28,826 bases of DNA from a virus (IMGVR_UViG_3300025277_000110:1-28826); one strand, 5' to 3'. Counted from the stretch's first letter, positions 1 through 9,229 are shown. The notes: generated from the letters alone by a model not told the origin. A program made the numbers and translations.

Positions 1-17
1 AAAGGAAAACACATTAA

Positions 18-227
18 ATGGCTATACTATTTATTTGTCATAGATGTAATACAAAGGTAGAATGCGAGACTAAAGCAGAGATGATATGTGATTGTGGTGC
101 TTATATTAAAGACCATGATGATACACGTAATCATGTTAATATGCGTAATACTTGGTCTGGAACTACAAAAGTAGAATTTAACCATACAACAATGGATAAA
201 GATATAGCTGAGAGGAATAGTCGATAA
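18..227 (+). CDS. Small zinc-ribbon protein (CxxC...CxC), FmdB-like
   Basis: CHRC and CDC motifs in a 69-aa ORF; SD AAGGA at 2-6; TAATG overlap with the next gene. Confidence 0.6.
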   Translation: MAILFICHRCNTKVECETKAEMICDCGAYIKDHDDTRNHVNMRNTWSGTTKVEFNHTTMDKDIAERNSR

Positions 228-1339
228 TGGCTTGGGATTTTGCAGCAGAAATACATTCACTTGCTAATTATAATGCTGATGATGCTTCTACTACAGGAAC
301 GTCTGGAGAAGTTCTTTCCGCTCATGCCACTCAATGGTTAACTGATGGTGCAAAAGAAATAATACTTCAACTTTCACCTGATCTTTTACGATTATGTACA
401 ACAAATACTACATTTACATCTCAAGCTGCTGGTTCTGAAACTTCTGCTTCTCTTTTAAATACTGGTAAAATACTAAGTGTATTTGCAGGTTCTTATTCAT
501 GTAGAAAAATTAATAACGAAGATAAATATAAGGCTGAGGATAGCGATAATGTCTTATATGCAACTGCAACTGACCCAGCATATTATATTGAAAGAAGTTA
601 TATAAATGTATTGCCATCAGGAATATCAACATCTAGATATGAAGAAGTTCAATATCCTACTGTAGCATTTAGTGATTCTTCTATTGCATTATTTCCTGAT
701 GAGGCAGAACGTCTTGTAGTATTATATGCAGCTATGAAAGCATGTCTATATCAAATGAACACTTTTCAAACAGATACAACCATAGATACAACTGCTCTTG
801 GTGCTATTGCAACAGAGCTTAACAAGGCTGATGATATAATAAATACTGCACATACACAGGTTGGTAATTTTTACACTTCAATTGGTGATATTGACGATAC
901 TGCTGAGCTTTGGGATAATACTAATAAAAGATTTACAGAGGTTAAAGATGCACTTGATAATGCAAAAAAAGCACTTGATGATGGAGCTAATTCTACTGTA
1001 ATTGGAAATGCAAGTTATGATGCAGCTACTCTCATAGCAGGAGAAGATACAGAGCTAGTTGCGTCTGTTCTATCTATTGCAAGTATGGAGCTTTCTAGGG
1101 CTGGCGTTGTATTAAGTGAATTAAATACTATAATGGCTTCATATAGTTTAGAACTACAAGGTGTTCCACAATATATATCAACAGCGTCAGGTTATATATC
1201 TCAAGCTGCTGGATATGTAAGTGAGGTTCAATCAAGAATGGGAAGGGCTAATCAAAAATATACATGGTATGATGGGCAGTATGCAAAATTATCTGCTGAG
1301 TATGCACGTGGACTAGCAACAGTAAAAGGGGGAGGTTAA
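227..1339 (+). CDS. Putative head-tail adaptor/ring protein with long C-terminal helical extension
   Basis: N-terminal helix pair (TQWLTDGAKEII), beta region (YYIERSYINVLPS) and FPDEAERLVVLYAAMKA helix resemble podovirus adaptor proteins; Ala/Leu-rich helical C-terminal half. Confidence 0.6.
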   Translation: MAWDFAAEIHSLANYNADDASTTGTSGEVLSAHATQWLTDGAKEIILQLSPDLLRLCTTNTTFTSQAAGSETSASLLNTGKILSVFAGSYSCRKINNEDKYKAEDSDNVLYATATDPAYYIERSYINVLPSGISTSRYEEVQYPTVAFSDSSIALFPDEAERLVVLYAAMKACLYQMNTFQTDTTIDTTALGAIATELNKADDIINTAHTQVGNFYTSIGDIDDTAELWDNTNKRFTEVKDALDNAKKALDDGANSTVIGNASYDAATLIAGEDTELVASVLSIASMELSRAGVVLSELNTIMASYSLELQGVPQYISTASGYISQAAGYVSEVQSRMGRANQKYTWYDGQYAKLSAEYARGLATVKGGG

Positions 1340-1341
1340 AT

Positions 1342-1647
1342 ATGACAGTTAAAAGAATGGCATCACAATTAGAGCAGTTATTTGGAAGACAATCAGAACA
1401 ATACCTAATACAAATTATAAATGATGGGCTTATGGATATAGCTAATAAAAAGCAGGGTTATACTGTATCTGCCCTTACTGATCTTGAAGAAAATAAAAGA
1501 TGGTATGAATTGCCAGATTCTGTGCTTGGTATTGAAAGAGTAGAAATACTAGATACGAATAGTAGATATATAATGATACCAAAGCTTAGTGATCCTCATA
1601 AATTACTTAGAGCTGATACTGATGCATCTAATGATGATCTTACATAG
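1342..1647 (+). CDS. Putative adaptor-like virion protein, N-terminal part
   Basis: MTVKRM...YLIQIINDGLMDIA...RWYELPDSVLGIERVEI pattern typical of adaptor N-halves; strong SD GGAGG upstream. Confidence 0.6.
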   Translation: MTVKRMASQLEQLFGRQSEQYLIQIINDGLMDIANKKQGYTVSALTDLEENKRWYELPDSVLGIERVEILDTNSRYIMIPKLSDPHKLLRADTDASNDDLT

Positions 1648-1655
1648 GAGCTAAT

Positions 1656-2285
1656 ATGGCAGAAAGAAATTATCCAAACGATTATTTTGCATGGTTTAAT
1701 GATGATAAGCGTATAGCAATATTATCTTTAGATACAACATCTACAACTTCAGGTGAACGTACAACAGAGAAATATGATACGTTCCAAGGTAGTGGGAATT
1801 TAACTGGGACTATTTCGGCATTTGCGAATTATACTTCTACTGTTTCTGGTACTACTAAAGCTACCTGTAGTGCTGATCATAGTCTTGTATCGGGAGATAG
1901 AGTTGCTATTACATCATCTCCTGATTCATATTATGATGGTAATTATGAGATAACTAAAATTGATGGTGATGAGTTTTATTTTACAAAAACTTATAGTGCT
2001 GAAGATAGTGGAACATTTACATCATTATTTATTAATGATGGTCTTCGCATTACATACAAATCAAAGTATGAAACAGTAACTTCTATAACAGAGAATTTAG
2101 ATACCGATATTGGTCTTGATACTTCCCTTCATCCAAGTTTAGTATGTTATGCAAAATCAAGGCTATATGAAGATCAAGGCAATATGGAACAAGCAAATTA
2201 TTTTAGACAAATGTACGAGAACCAAATAATGAAACAAAGGTCTCGTAAATCTGGGGTTCGGGCTTTATCCGTCCCCCCTATGTAA
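1656..2285 (+). CDS. Putative adaptor-like virion protein, C-terminal part, with inserted FCCH-like beta domain
   Basis: LRITY...LHPSLVCYAKSRLYEDQGNMEQANYFRQMYE resembles adaptor C-halves; insert HSLVSGDRVAIT...YDGNYEITKIDGDEF at about 1806-2024; SD AGGAG overlaps the upstream TAG. Confidence 0.6.
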   Translation: MAERNYPNDYFAWFNDDKRIAILSLDTTSTTSGERTTEKYDTFQGSGNLTGTISAFANYTSTVSGTTKATCSADHSLVSGDRVAITSSPDSYYDGNYEITKIDGDEFYFTKTYSAEDSGTFTSLFINDGLRITYKSKYETVTSITENLDTDIGLDTSLHPSLVCYAKSRLYEDQGNMEQANYFRQMYENQIMKQRSRKSGVRALSVPPM

Positions 2286-2297
2286 AAAGGAGAATTA

Positions 2298-4850
2298 ATG
2301 TCCTCAACATCAACAACATGGACAAAAGATACAAACACAAAATCTGGCACAGTAAACATATCTGAGCAAACAGTATCATCAATTAGGATAACTGCAACAG
2401 CTGATAATGATGCAATACTAGAGTTATTTGCAGATAATGCGAATGATAATGCTGATAAGTGGAGACTGTGGATAAATGATGCTGATGATGATTTACATTT
2501 TGCAAACTATACTTCAGGTTCATGGGCTGATCTTTTAACAATACAAGATGGTGGCAATGTTGGTATTGCAACAGATGGGCCAGCTTCAAAGTTACATGTT
2601 GCTGGTACTGTCCAAGTAGGTGTAGATGATTCTGGGCATGATGTTAAGTTCTTTGGAGCTTCGGCAGGTGCTTTTATGTTATATGATGAATCAGAAGATA
2701 CGCTTGAAGTTCGTGGCACATCAGCAGATGCAACAACAAGTACTGGAAAACTTCTTTTAAGCACTGCTCTTACCGATATAAATGATGGTGATGTTTTAGG
2801 TCGTATTGATTTTGGTGCTCCATTAGAGGCTGGGGGTACAGATGCTATACTTTCTGGGGCTGCTATATGGGCTGAGGCTGATGCTACATTTACTGCCTCG
2901 GTTAATAATACCGAGCTTGTATTTGCTACAAATACTTCGGCAGCAGCAACAGAACGTATGCGTATTGATTCTTCTGGCAATGTCGGTATTGGGACTACTG
3001 AGCCAGGAGCAGAACTAGATATTAAACAATCTGCTGATAATACTGATTTCTTGCAAGGACGAGATGCAAATGGAGATATAGTATTTAGGTGTGCTACAGA
3101 TGCTGACGGTGATGGTGTTGTTTATATTGAAAATAGTGCTAGTGCAGAGAAGATAAGATTATATTCCAATGGTGCTAGTTATTTCAATGGTGGCAATGTC
3201 GGTATTGGGACTGTTTCACCAGATGTTGCACTTCATATAACCAAAACTGGAACTGGAGGTGTGCTTAGGCTAGAAAACTCTGATACAACCATAACTGCTG
3301 ATGAGGTTTTAGGTCAAATAGAATTTGAAGGTCAAGATAGCTCTACAAATGCAGCAGGTGTAAGAGCTAAAATAGCAGCCTTCGGTAGTACAGGTGGAAT
3401 AACAGGTGAGACAGATATAGCATTCTATACATCAATAGCAGGAGACAATCTTTCTGAAAAGATGAGAATACAGGATGATGGCAATGTCGGTATTGGGGTT
3501 ACTGCACCAGAAAGTACGTTACATATTAAAGGGAATCTAGGGTTAATTATTGAAGATGATACTGATGCCTCTGGTCTTGGCGAAGCATGGCATTTCCAAA
3601 CTGATTCTACAGGGCAGTTGAATGCTCAATATTCAACAAATTGTAGTACCTTTAATACACTTTGGACTTGTGAGGCAAATGGAAACTTCGGTATTGGGAC
3701 TGCTTCACCAACTGAACTTTTCCATGTTAACGAAGCAGACACTACTGCTGAGGCTGGGGTAATTCATAGATTAAGTACAACTTCAGGTGCTGCTTTAAAA
3801 ATAGGTGTAGATGATAAAAGTGCTTCAGCTCCAACTTGGATAATAGAGACTGGCACAAATGAACATCTTCACCTTAATGCTACTGGTACTGGCAATGTCG
3901 GTATTGGGACTGCTTCACCAGATTTTCCTTTGGAAATTGAAGGCGAAGATACTTCTATTAATCTAGCTATAACGTGTTATAGTGCCACCGTTACACATAG
4001 ACCTCAATTGATTTTTCAGAAATCTGCTGGTAGTACTCCTGGCTCTCCTGCTGCAACTGCTGCTGGTGAAGACCTTGGTGCAATTGTTTGGGAGGGTGTA
4101 AATACTGGTAATAATTTTGATGTAGGAGCTAAAATACTTGTTGAAGGTGATGCAGGCCCAGATGGCAATTCTGTTCCAACAAGAATGTCTTTTTGGACAT
4201 CAGACCTTTCTAGTCCAGAACAGAAACGTATGACAATAGATGATTCTGGCAATGTCGGTATTGGGACTGATGACCCAAATTATACGTTAGATGTTGTAGG
4301 CTCACCAAGCAGTAATTATGTGGCAAGAATATTTTCAGATGGAGGAGCAAGTACTGATTATGGACTTATCATACAAGCTGGGGCAGATACACCTGGAACA
4401 GATGGTGATTGTAGATGGATAGCACTTGCAGAAGGTGATGCTGGGACTGTACATGCACATATACGTTATAAGCATACTGGCACAACAGCAGAGATACACG
4501 CTGTATCAGATGAAAGGTTAAAAGAGAATATACAAAACACATCTGTCAATGGACTGGATGCTATTAATTCACTGCAATTTAGAGAGTATAACTGGACTGA
4601 AAATTCAAAGAGAAGTCAAAATAAAATTAATATCGGATTAGTGGCACAAGAAGTAACTACTGCTGGAGATAAATGTAATATTGTATCAAAGTTTGAAGAT
4701 GAAATAACCTTAAAGGATGATTCAAAAATAACTGATGTACAAGGAATTGGATATGATGGTATTTTATTATATTTAGCAAAAGCAGTACAAGAATTATCAG
4801 CTTCTGTTGACATTCTGTCAACTAAAGTAACAGCCTTAGAAAACGCATAA
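2298..4850 (+). CDS. Tail fibre / receptor-binding protein with GNVGIGT repeats and C-terminal peptidase S74 intramolecular chaperone
   Basis: Seven GN(V/F)GI(G/A)(T/V) repeats; SDERLKENI (S737/K742), GLVAQEV and YDGILLYLAKAVQEL...KVTALE, the hallmarks of the S74 domain; SD AGGAG. Confidence 0.9.
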   Translation: MSSTSTTWTKDTNTKSGTVNISEQTVSSIRITATADNDAILELFADNANDNADKWRLWINDADDDLHFANYTSGSWADLLTIQDGGNVGIATDGPASKLHVAGTVQVGVDDSGHDVKFFGASAGAFMLYDESEDTLEVRGTSADATTSTGKLLLSTALTDINDGDVLGRIDFGAPLEAGGTDAILSGAAIWAEADATFTASVNNTELVFATNTSAAATERMRIDSSGNVGIGTTEPGAELDIKQSADNTDFLQGRDANGDIVFRCATDADGDGVVYIENSASAEKIRLYSNGASYFNGGNVGIGTVSPDVALHITKTGTGGVLRLENSDTTITADEVLGQIEFEGQDSSTNAAGVRAKIAAFGSTGGITGETDIAFYTSIAGDNLSEKMRIQDDGNVGIGVTAPESTLHIKGNLGLIIEDDTDASGLGEAWHFQTDSTGQLNAQYSTNCSTFNTLWTCEANGNFGIGTASPTELFHVNEADTTAEAGVIHRLSTTSGAALKIGVDDKSASAPTWIIETGTNEHLHLNATGTGNVGIGTASPDFPLEIEGEDTSINLAITCYSATVTHRPQLIFQKSAGSTPGSPAATAAGEDLGAIVWEGVNTGNNFDVGAKILVEGDAGPDGNSVPTRMSFWTSDLSSPEQKRMTIDDSGNVGIGTDDPNYTLDVVGSPSSNYVARIFSDGGASTDYGLIIQAGADTPGTDGDCRWIALAEGDAGTVHAHIRYKHTGTTAEIHAVSDERLKENIQNTSVNGLDAINSLQFREYNWTENSKRSQNKINIGLVAQEVTTAGDKCNIVSKFEDEITLKDDSKITDVQGIGYDGILLYLAKAVQELSASVDILSTKVTALENA
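2975..4268 (+). repeat. Dispersed in-frame direct repeat tggcaatgtcggtattggg(act) within the tail fibre gene
   Basis: 22-bp exact copies at 2975-2996, 3191-3212, 3890-3911 and 4247-4268; 19-bp copy at 3479-3497; partial copy 3688-3710 identical to 3898-3920; degenerate copy at 2552-2573. Confidence 0.95.
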
Positions 4851-4871
4851 CAAAACGAGGGAAGTAATAAT

Positions 4872-5096
4872 ATGGGAACAAGTAAAACAAAAGAAACAGT
4901 AGAAGAAGTTAAAACTAATAACGTAGCAGAAGAAGTTGATTATACCGCCAAATGGGAAGAGGCTAAAGAGAATCTACTTATTCAGCTTAAAGAAAGTTTA
5001 GAACAAATAGAATTTCACAAAACTAGAGCAACTAAGATACAGGGTGTTGTAGAGGTGAATGACCAATTGTTTCTAGAAGAAAACAAAGAAAACTAA
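4872..5096 (+). CDS. Small acidic coiled-coil protein downstream of the tail fibre (possible fibre assembly factor)
   Basis: 74-aa helical, Glu/Lys-rich ORF; SD GAGG upstream. Function inferred from position only. Confidence 0.55.
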   Translation: MGTSKTKETVEEVKTNNVAEEVDYTAKWEEAKENLLIQLKESLEQIEFHKTRATKIQGVVEVNDQLFLEENKEN

Positions 5097-5099
5097 ATA

Positions 5100-5130
5100 A
5101 CCCATTCACGCACACGCCAGTGCTTAGGGT
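5100..5130 (+). promoter_or_regulatory. GC-rich intergenic stem-loop upstream of an RBS
   Basis: accc(5100-5103)/gggt(5127-5130) and gcac(5110-5113)/gtgc(5120-5123) can pair; no U-tract; SD AGGAG at 5140-5144. Confidence 0.35.
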
Positions 5131-5151
5131 AAACTCAAAAGGAGAAATAAA

Positions 5152-5529
5152 ATGGCAAGTAAATTAGGAATGAGTGCATTCACAGTTCAAGAATCAGTAA
5201 ATATGGATGCATTTAGTGATTATAATTATGAACAATTTGATATGAGTGGTGATACGATTGATGATCCTGGAGCAACATCTACATATGTAACAGCTGCTAA
5301 TCCAGCTAAGAAAATTGTTATATACGACACAAATGGAACAATGGATGATGATGACGTTATGCAAGTGTTTCTTAATGGAGAAACAGATGCTCAAAAAGGA
5401 ATTAAAGTAGATGGTGGTAGAAACCTCCCATTCACAATAAGTGGTATATTGATGACATCTGTTATTATTAAGCTGGCTGATGATTTGACCTCTGCTAGTG
5501 ATACTTTAGATTTATTATCATTTCATTAA
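5152..5529 (+). CDS. Hypothetical acidic beta-rich virion protein
   Basis: 125-aa ORF with a strong SD in the structural operon. Confidence 0.6.
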   Translation: MASKLGMSAFTVQESVNMDAFSDYNYEQFDMSGDTIDDPGATSTYVTAANPAKKIVIYDTNGTMDDDDVMQVFLNGETDAQKGIKVDGGRNLPFTISGILMTSVIIKLADDLTSASDTLDLLSFH

Positions 5530-5538
5530 GGAGTAGCT

Positions 5539-6468
5539 ATGGCAGAAATGTTTCAGCCTAAAAAACAAACTTTAAAGAAAAGTGATTATAATAAAGCTGT
5601 TATTAAGGCTAATGATAGATTAAAGGCTAAAAATAAAGCATTAGAATCTTCTGTAAAAGATAAAGAGAAAGAGCTTAAATCTTTAGAAAAAGAATATAAT
5701 TCTGAAACTAAAAAACTTTCATCATTATCAAAAGATGTACAGTTTCAAGAAGAGAGAGTACAGAAGATTAAAAGTGGTGTTTTTTCTAATGAGAAGCTTT
5801 TAGCTGAAAAGTTAAAAGAAATTGACAAGGCTGAAAAAGAGCTTTGTGAATATGAAAGTGCTGTTGAAAAGCTTGAAGATAAAGAAAATAAACTTTTAGA
5901 TAGTATTGTAACATTAGAGCTTTATAAATCAAAATGTGAAGAGTCTAAAACTGAGCTTGCAAGTATTCATGTGAAGAAAGATAATCTTTTAGATGAGCTT
6001 GATTCTATTAATAGTAACATTAATGTTACTATAGAAGAGGGCAAAGATAAAGTTGCTTATTTTGAAGATCAATATGATGATTTAGAAGAGAGGGCTAAAA
6101 AGCATGAAGAGATGGTTTATCAATTTGAACAGCGTCTTATTGAGACTCAAGATTTATTTAAAGATGAGGATAATAAGCTTAAAGATTTACTTGCTAAATC
6201 TAAAGTAGAAAAAGAGCAGGCTAATAACGAATTGCAGGCTATAAAAAATCTTTGTAATAATAGTGAGGATGAATATATTAAGTGGGAACAGAAAGTTGCA
6301 AAAGCTAAAGTTAAGGCAGACAAGGAAGGGGATAGAAATAAAAAATCTAAAGAAAATTTTGCTAAGTGGAAGATTGGAGTATTAGAAGAAGTCGCAAGAT
6401 TAAAGCTTAAAAGTAAGGTCGATAAAATTGATAAAGCTGGATTATCGGATATATTAAATAATGGCTGA
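5539..6468 (+). CDS. Long coiled-coil protein (Lys/Glu-rich)
   Basis: 309 aa with near-continuous heptad character; SD AGGAG; no catalytic motif. Confidence 0.7.
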   Translation: MAEMFQPKKQTLKKSDYNKAVIKANDRLKAKNKALESSVKDKEKELKSLEKEYNSETKKLSSLSKDVQFQEERVQKIKSGVFSNEKLLAEKLKEIDKAEKELCEYESAVEKLEDKENKLLDSIVTLELYKSKCEESKTELASIHVKKDNLLDELDSINSNINVTIEEGKDKVAYFEDQYDDLEERAKKHEEMVYQFEQRLIETQDLFKDEDNKLKDLLAKSKVEKEQANNELQAIKNLCNNSEDEYIKWEQKVAKAKVKADKEGDRNKKSKENFAKWKIGVLEEVARLKLKSKVDKIDKAGLSDILNNG

Positions 6469-7258
6469 TATAGGAATAGGAATAGCCAGAAAACTTGTTG
6501 ATTCTGATGGTGATGCATTAGATGATGGAGATGGAAAGCTTAATGTAAATGCAACATTAGTTGGAGGTGCTGCAATTGATATTGGTGATGTAGATATACA
6601 CCTTAGTGGAAATGTTCCTCTTCTTGGTGGTGCTGGTAATGTAGCAGCTGGTGTTCTTCGTGTTACATTGGCTACTGATGATACACACTTTGGAGCAGTT
6701 GGAGCAGGAGCTGATGTCGATGGAGTTATACATGCACAGTTAAGATATATGGGTGAAAAATTAGATGGCATTGATTCGGATACAAATTCACTCCAAAGTT
6801 TGCTTGGTACTGACGGTAATACTGGCCCAACTAAGTGTCTTTCTATTGGCGGTACTACAGCATTAGGTGCTATTCAAGAAATTTTAGTAGATAGTGATGG
6901 AGGATTACAAGTAGATGTAACATCAATATCAGCAGGAACTAATGTAATAGGTAAAGTAGGACATGATATTACTGGTCTTGCAAGTGATGATAATCCTACA
7001 GTTGGTACAAGTGCAGAGCAATTGATTACTGATGGTGTTGATGGAGCTACTGCTTGTAAGCGTGTTGATATAATGGCACATCCAAGTAATACTGGATATA
7101 TATGGGTAGGCGACAGTGCAGTTTCTGTTGATGGCTTGAATGGTGGTATAAGACTTTCTCCTGGAGATTTTTACAGTATGGATATAGATAATACAGGTGA
7201 TATTTATGTAATAGCAACTGTTGATACTGAAAATGTTTGTTATAATTATTTCACATAA
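6461..7258 (+). CDS. Gly/Asp-rich putative virion structural protein with C-terminal small beta-sandwich
   Basis: AGTNVIGKVG and AHPSNTGYIWVGDSAV...GIRLSPGD motifs resemble phage structural proteins; overlaps the upstream gene by 8 nt. Confidence 0.6.
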   Translation: MADIGIGIARKLVDSDGDALDDGDGKLNVNATLVGGAAIDIGDVDIHLSGNVPLLGGAGNVAAGVLRVTLATDDTHFGAVGAGADVDGVIHAQLRYMGEKLDGIDSDTNSLQSLLGTDGNTGPTKCLSIGGTTALGAIQEILVDSDGGLQVDVTSISAGTNVIGKVGHDITGLASDDNPTVGTSAEQLITDGVDGATACKRVDIMAHPSNTGYIWVGDSAVSVDGLNGGIRLSPGDFYSMDIDNTGDIYVIATVDTENVCYNYFT

Positions 7259-7818
7259 TGCCTAATATACTTACAAAAGCACCAAGACAATTTTTTACAT
7301 CTACTATGAATTATTATAGTGGATTTAATGATTCTGATGTACAATGGATTACAGCTAATAATGACAGTTATTTTAAGCTTGGAACAGGCGATAAAACTTT
7401 AGATGATACGGTATCAGTTACAATTAGTGCTGCAAACCAAGCTCTTATAAGGTCGGTATGGTTTCTTGCTCCCTTTGATATGACTATAACCAATGTATCT
7501 GGTATTGTACAGGATGATGATTTCTCTAGTCATACAGATAAGTATTATATAGGAATATGGACAATGCCTGGATTTGGTAGTTCTGGTGATACCCCGATGG
7601 AAGAGACTGGTTCTAAAACTTTAACACTTAAATATATTACACAAGATTATATTTCCTCCTCAGCAGGAGATGCTGCTATGGGCTTCTATGATTCTAGTCC
7701 AGATAGACTTTTTTCTCTTTCTGCTGGCGATGCTGTATGGGCAGGACACCTTCAGAGTCGTTTTGATGGAGCTGATGCTATGACTTTAACCATGACACTT
7801 TGTGCGGAGAAAGATTAA
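7258..7818 (+). CDS. Hypothetical beta-rich virion/fibre-tip-like protein
   Basis: 186-aa ORF coupled by TAATG; APFDMTITNVSG and LSAGDAV pattern of compact beta domains. Confidence 0.55.
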   Translation: MPNILTKAPRQFFTSTMNYYSGFNDSDVQWITANNDSYFKLGTGDKTLDDTVSVTISAANQALIRSVWFLAPFDMTITNVSGIVQDDDFSSHTDKYYIGIWTMPGFGSSGDTPMEETGSKTLTLKYITQDYISSSAGDAAMGFYDSSPDRLFSLSAGDAVWAGHLQSRFDGADAMTLTMTLCAEKD

Positions 7819-7848
7819 TTATGATACTTCAACATAATATAGGAATAT

Positions 7849-8619
7849 ATGAATAAAAATGTAGTAAGACGTGCAATAGTCACACCTGATAAACATTTTC
7901 CATTAGCGGATAAAAAAGCAATTAGTGTACTATGTAAATCAATAGAAATAGTAAAGCCAGATATATACGTAGATTTAGGAGACGTGGGAGAATGGGAAGG
8001 AAGTTCTCACTGGCAATGGCGGAAGAAAAAACGTCCACCGCTAGAATACCAAACTCCATTTATTGACAAAGATATAAAAGATGTTAATAAGGGAATGGAT
8101 CAAATAGATGAATCTCTTGACAAGGCAAACTGTAAAGAGAAGCATATGATAGAAGGTAATCACGATGATTGGATGAATAGGTTTGTTGAAGAGCATCCAT
8201 ACATGGAACAATATAGGTTTGAAGAATGTGTAAAACTAAAAGAAAGAGGTTATACGTATCATCCAGCGGGTCAATACATGAAGATTGGGAAACTAGCGAT
8301 GTATCATGGACACCATTTTGCTGGGATAAATCATACAAGGAATCACTTGATGAGGCTTGGAACAAATGTCATGTATGGGCATCACCACGACATACAGCAG
8401 TCGTCTGTTACCCATCTGGATGGGGTGAAGTCTGCGTGGAGTATAGGATGTCTGAAGGAAATGAGTGATAAGAAGAATGAATTTTTACAACATAGGATGC
8501 ACAATTGGAGTCATGCATTTGCAATCGTTGACTTTTATGACAAAGGCTTTTTCACTGTGCATGTAATACAAATTATAAATGGTAAGACTTCATTGTGGGG
8601 CGAATTAATTACAGGATAA
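7849..8619 (+). CDS. Calcineurin-like metallophosphoesterase
   Basis: All five motifs present: PDKH, LGD, GNHD, HGH, GHHH. Confidence 0.9.
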   Translation: MNKNVVRRAIVTPDKHFPLADKKAISVLCKSIEIVKPDIYVDLGDVGEWEGSSHWQWRKKKRPPLEYQTPFIDKDIKDVNKGMDQIDESLDKANCKEKHMIEGNHDDWMNRFVEEHPYMEQYRFEECVKLKERGYTYHPAGQYMKIGKLAMYHGHHFAGINHTRNHLMRLGTNVMYGHHHDIQQSSVTHLDGVKSAWSIGCLKEMSDKKNEFLQHRMHNWSHAFAIVDFYDKGFFTVHVIQIINGKTSLWGELITG

Positions 8620-8623
8620 TATT

Positions 8624-9229
8624 ATGGCAAATATATTAGATATAGTTAAAGAGGTTGAGAAAATGAATGTGCCTAGACCATATTCAAATGACCCAGATAT
8701 TAGTCAATTTTTACATGGGAGACATAAAGAGTATACGGAGGGTAAAAAAGGGCAAATTAGAGATATGGAAAAATCAATCTTAGATGTATTTGGAGAAAAG
8801 TCTAAAGATGCTGATGATATTAAGTCAGCAAACGGTTCATTTTCATCAGTTCTTTCTGGCACTGGTGGTAAAAATATATTTGGTCAAGAAGTTGCACCGT
8901 TAACTGAGGAGGATTTACTAACGATGGTAATGGGTATTGCTGGTGGTATAAAAACACCTGGAAGAATGTTTGGATCAATACCAAAGGCTACAAAAAAAAT
9001 GCCAAAAACTCAATATCAATATGAAAAACCAGAATTTACACCTAATCCAACTGGAACATTTAGAAATAAGCAAAATGTATTAGTTAATGTAGAAACTACT
9101 CCGCAAAGATTATTTAGAGAATTAACAGAAGGTAGTTTAGATTCATATGAATTTCAAATGAAGTTAAGAGAACTTGAAGACATAGCACCAGAAATGGCTG
9201 GCAAAGTTATAAATGCCATAGGGTTTTAA
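8624..9229 (+). CDS. Hypothetical protein
   Basis: 201-aa ORF with SD AGGA, filling the gap between its neighbours; no recognised motif. Confidence 0.6.
   Translation: MANILDIVKEVEKMNVPRPYSNDPDISQFLHGRHKEYTEGKKGQIRDMEKSILDVFGEKSKDADDIKSANGSFSSVLSGTGGKNIFGQEVAPLTEEDLLTMVMGIAGGIKTPGRMFGSIPKATKKMPKTQYQYEKPEFTPNPTGTFRNKQNVLVNVETTPQRLFRELTEGSLDSYEFQMKLRELEDIAPEMAGKVINAIGF

Noticed and set aside
2975-4268. CRISPR array interpretation of the 22-bp repeats
   Set aside because: The intervening segments are about 180-340 bp, variable, in frame and protein-coding; no cas genes or leader.
5539-6468. SMC/chromosome-segregation or tape-measure call for the coiled-coil protein
   Set aside because: No ATPase motifs or TM segments; any similarity would be compositional.
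7818-7855. dif-like site or short inverted repeat (attatg...cataat; cttcaacataa is 9/11 to a XerD arm)
   Set aside because: No matching XerC arm at the right spacing; plausible by chance in AT-rich DNA.
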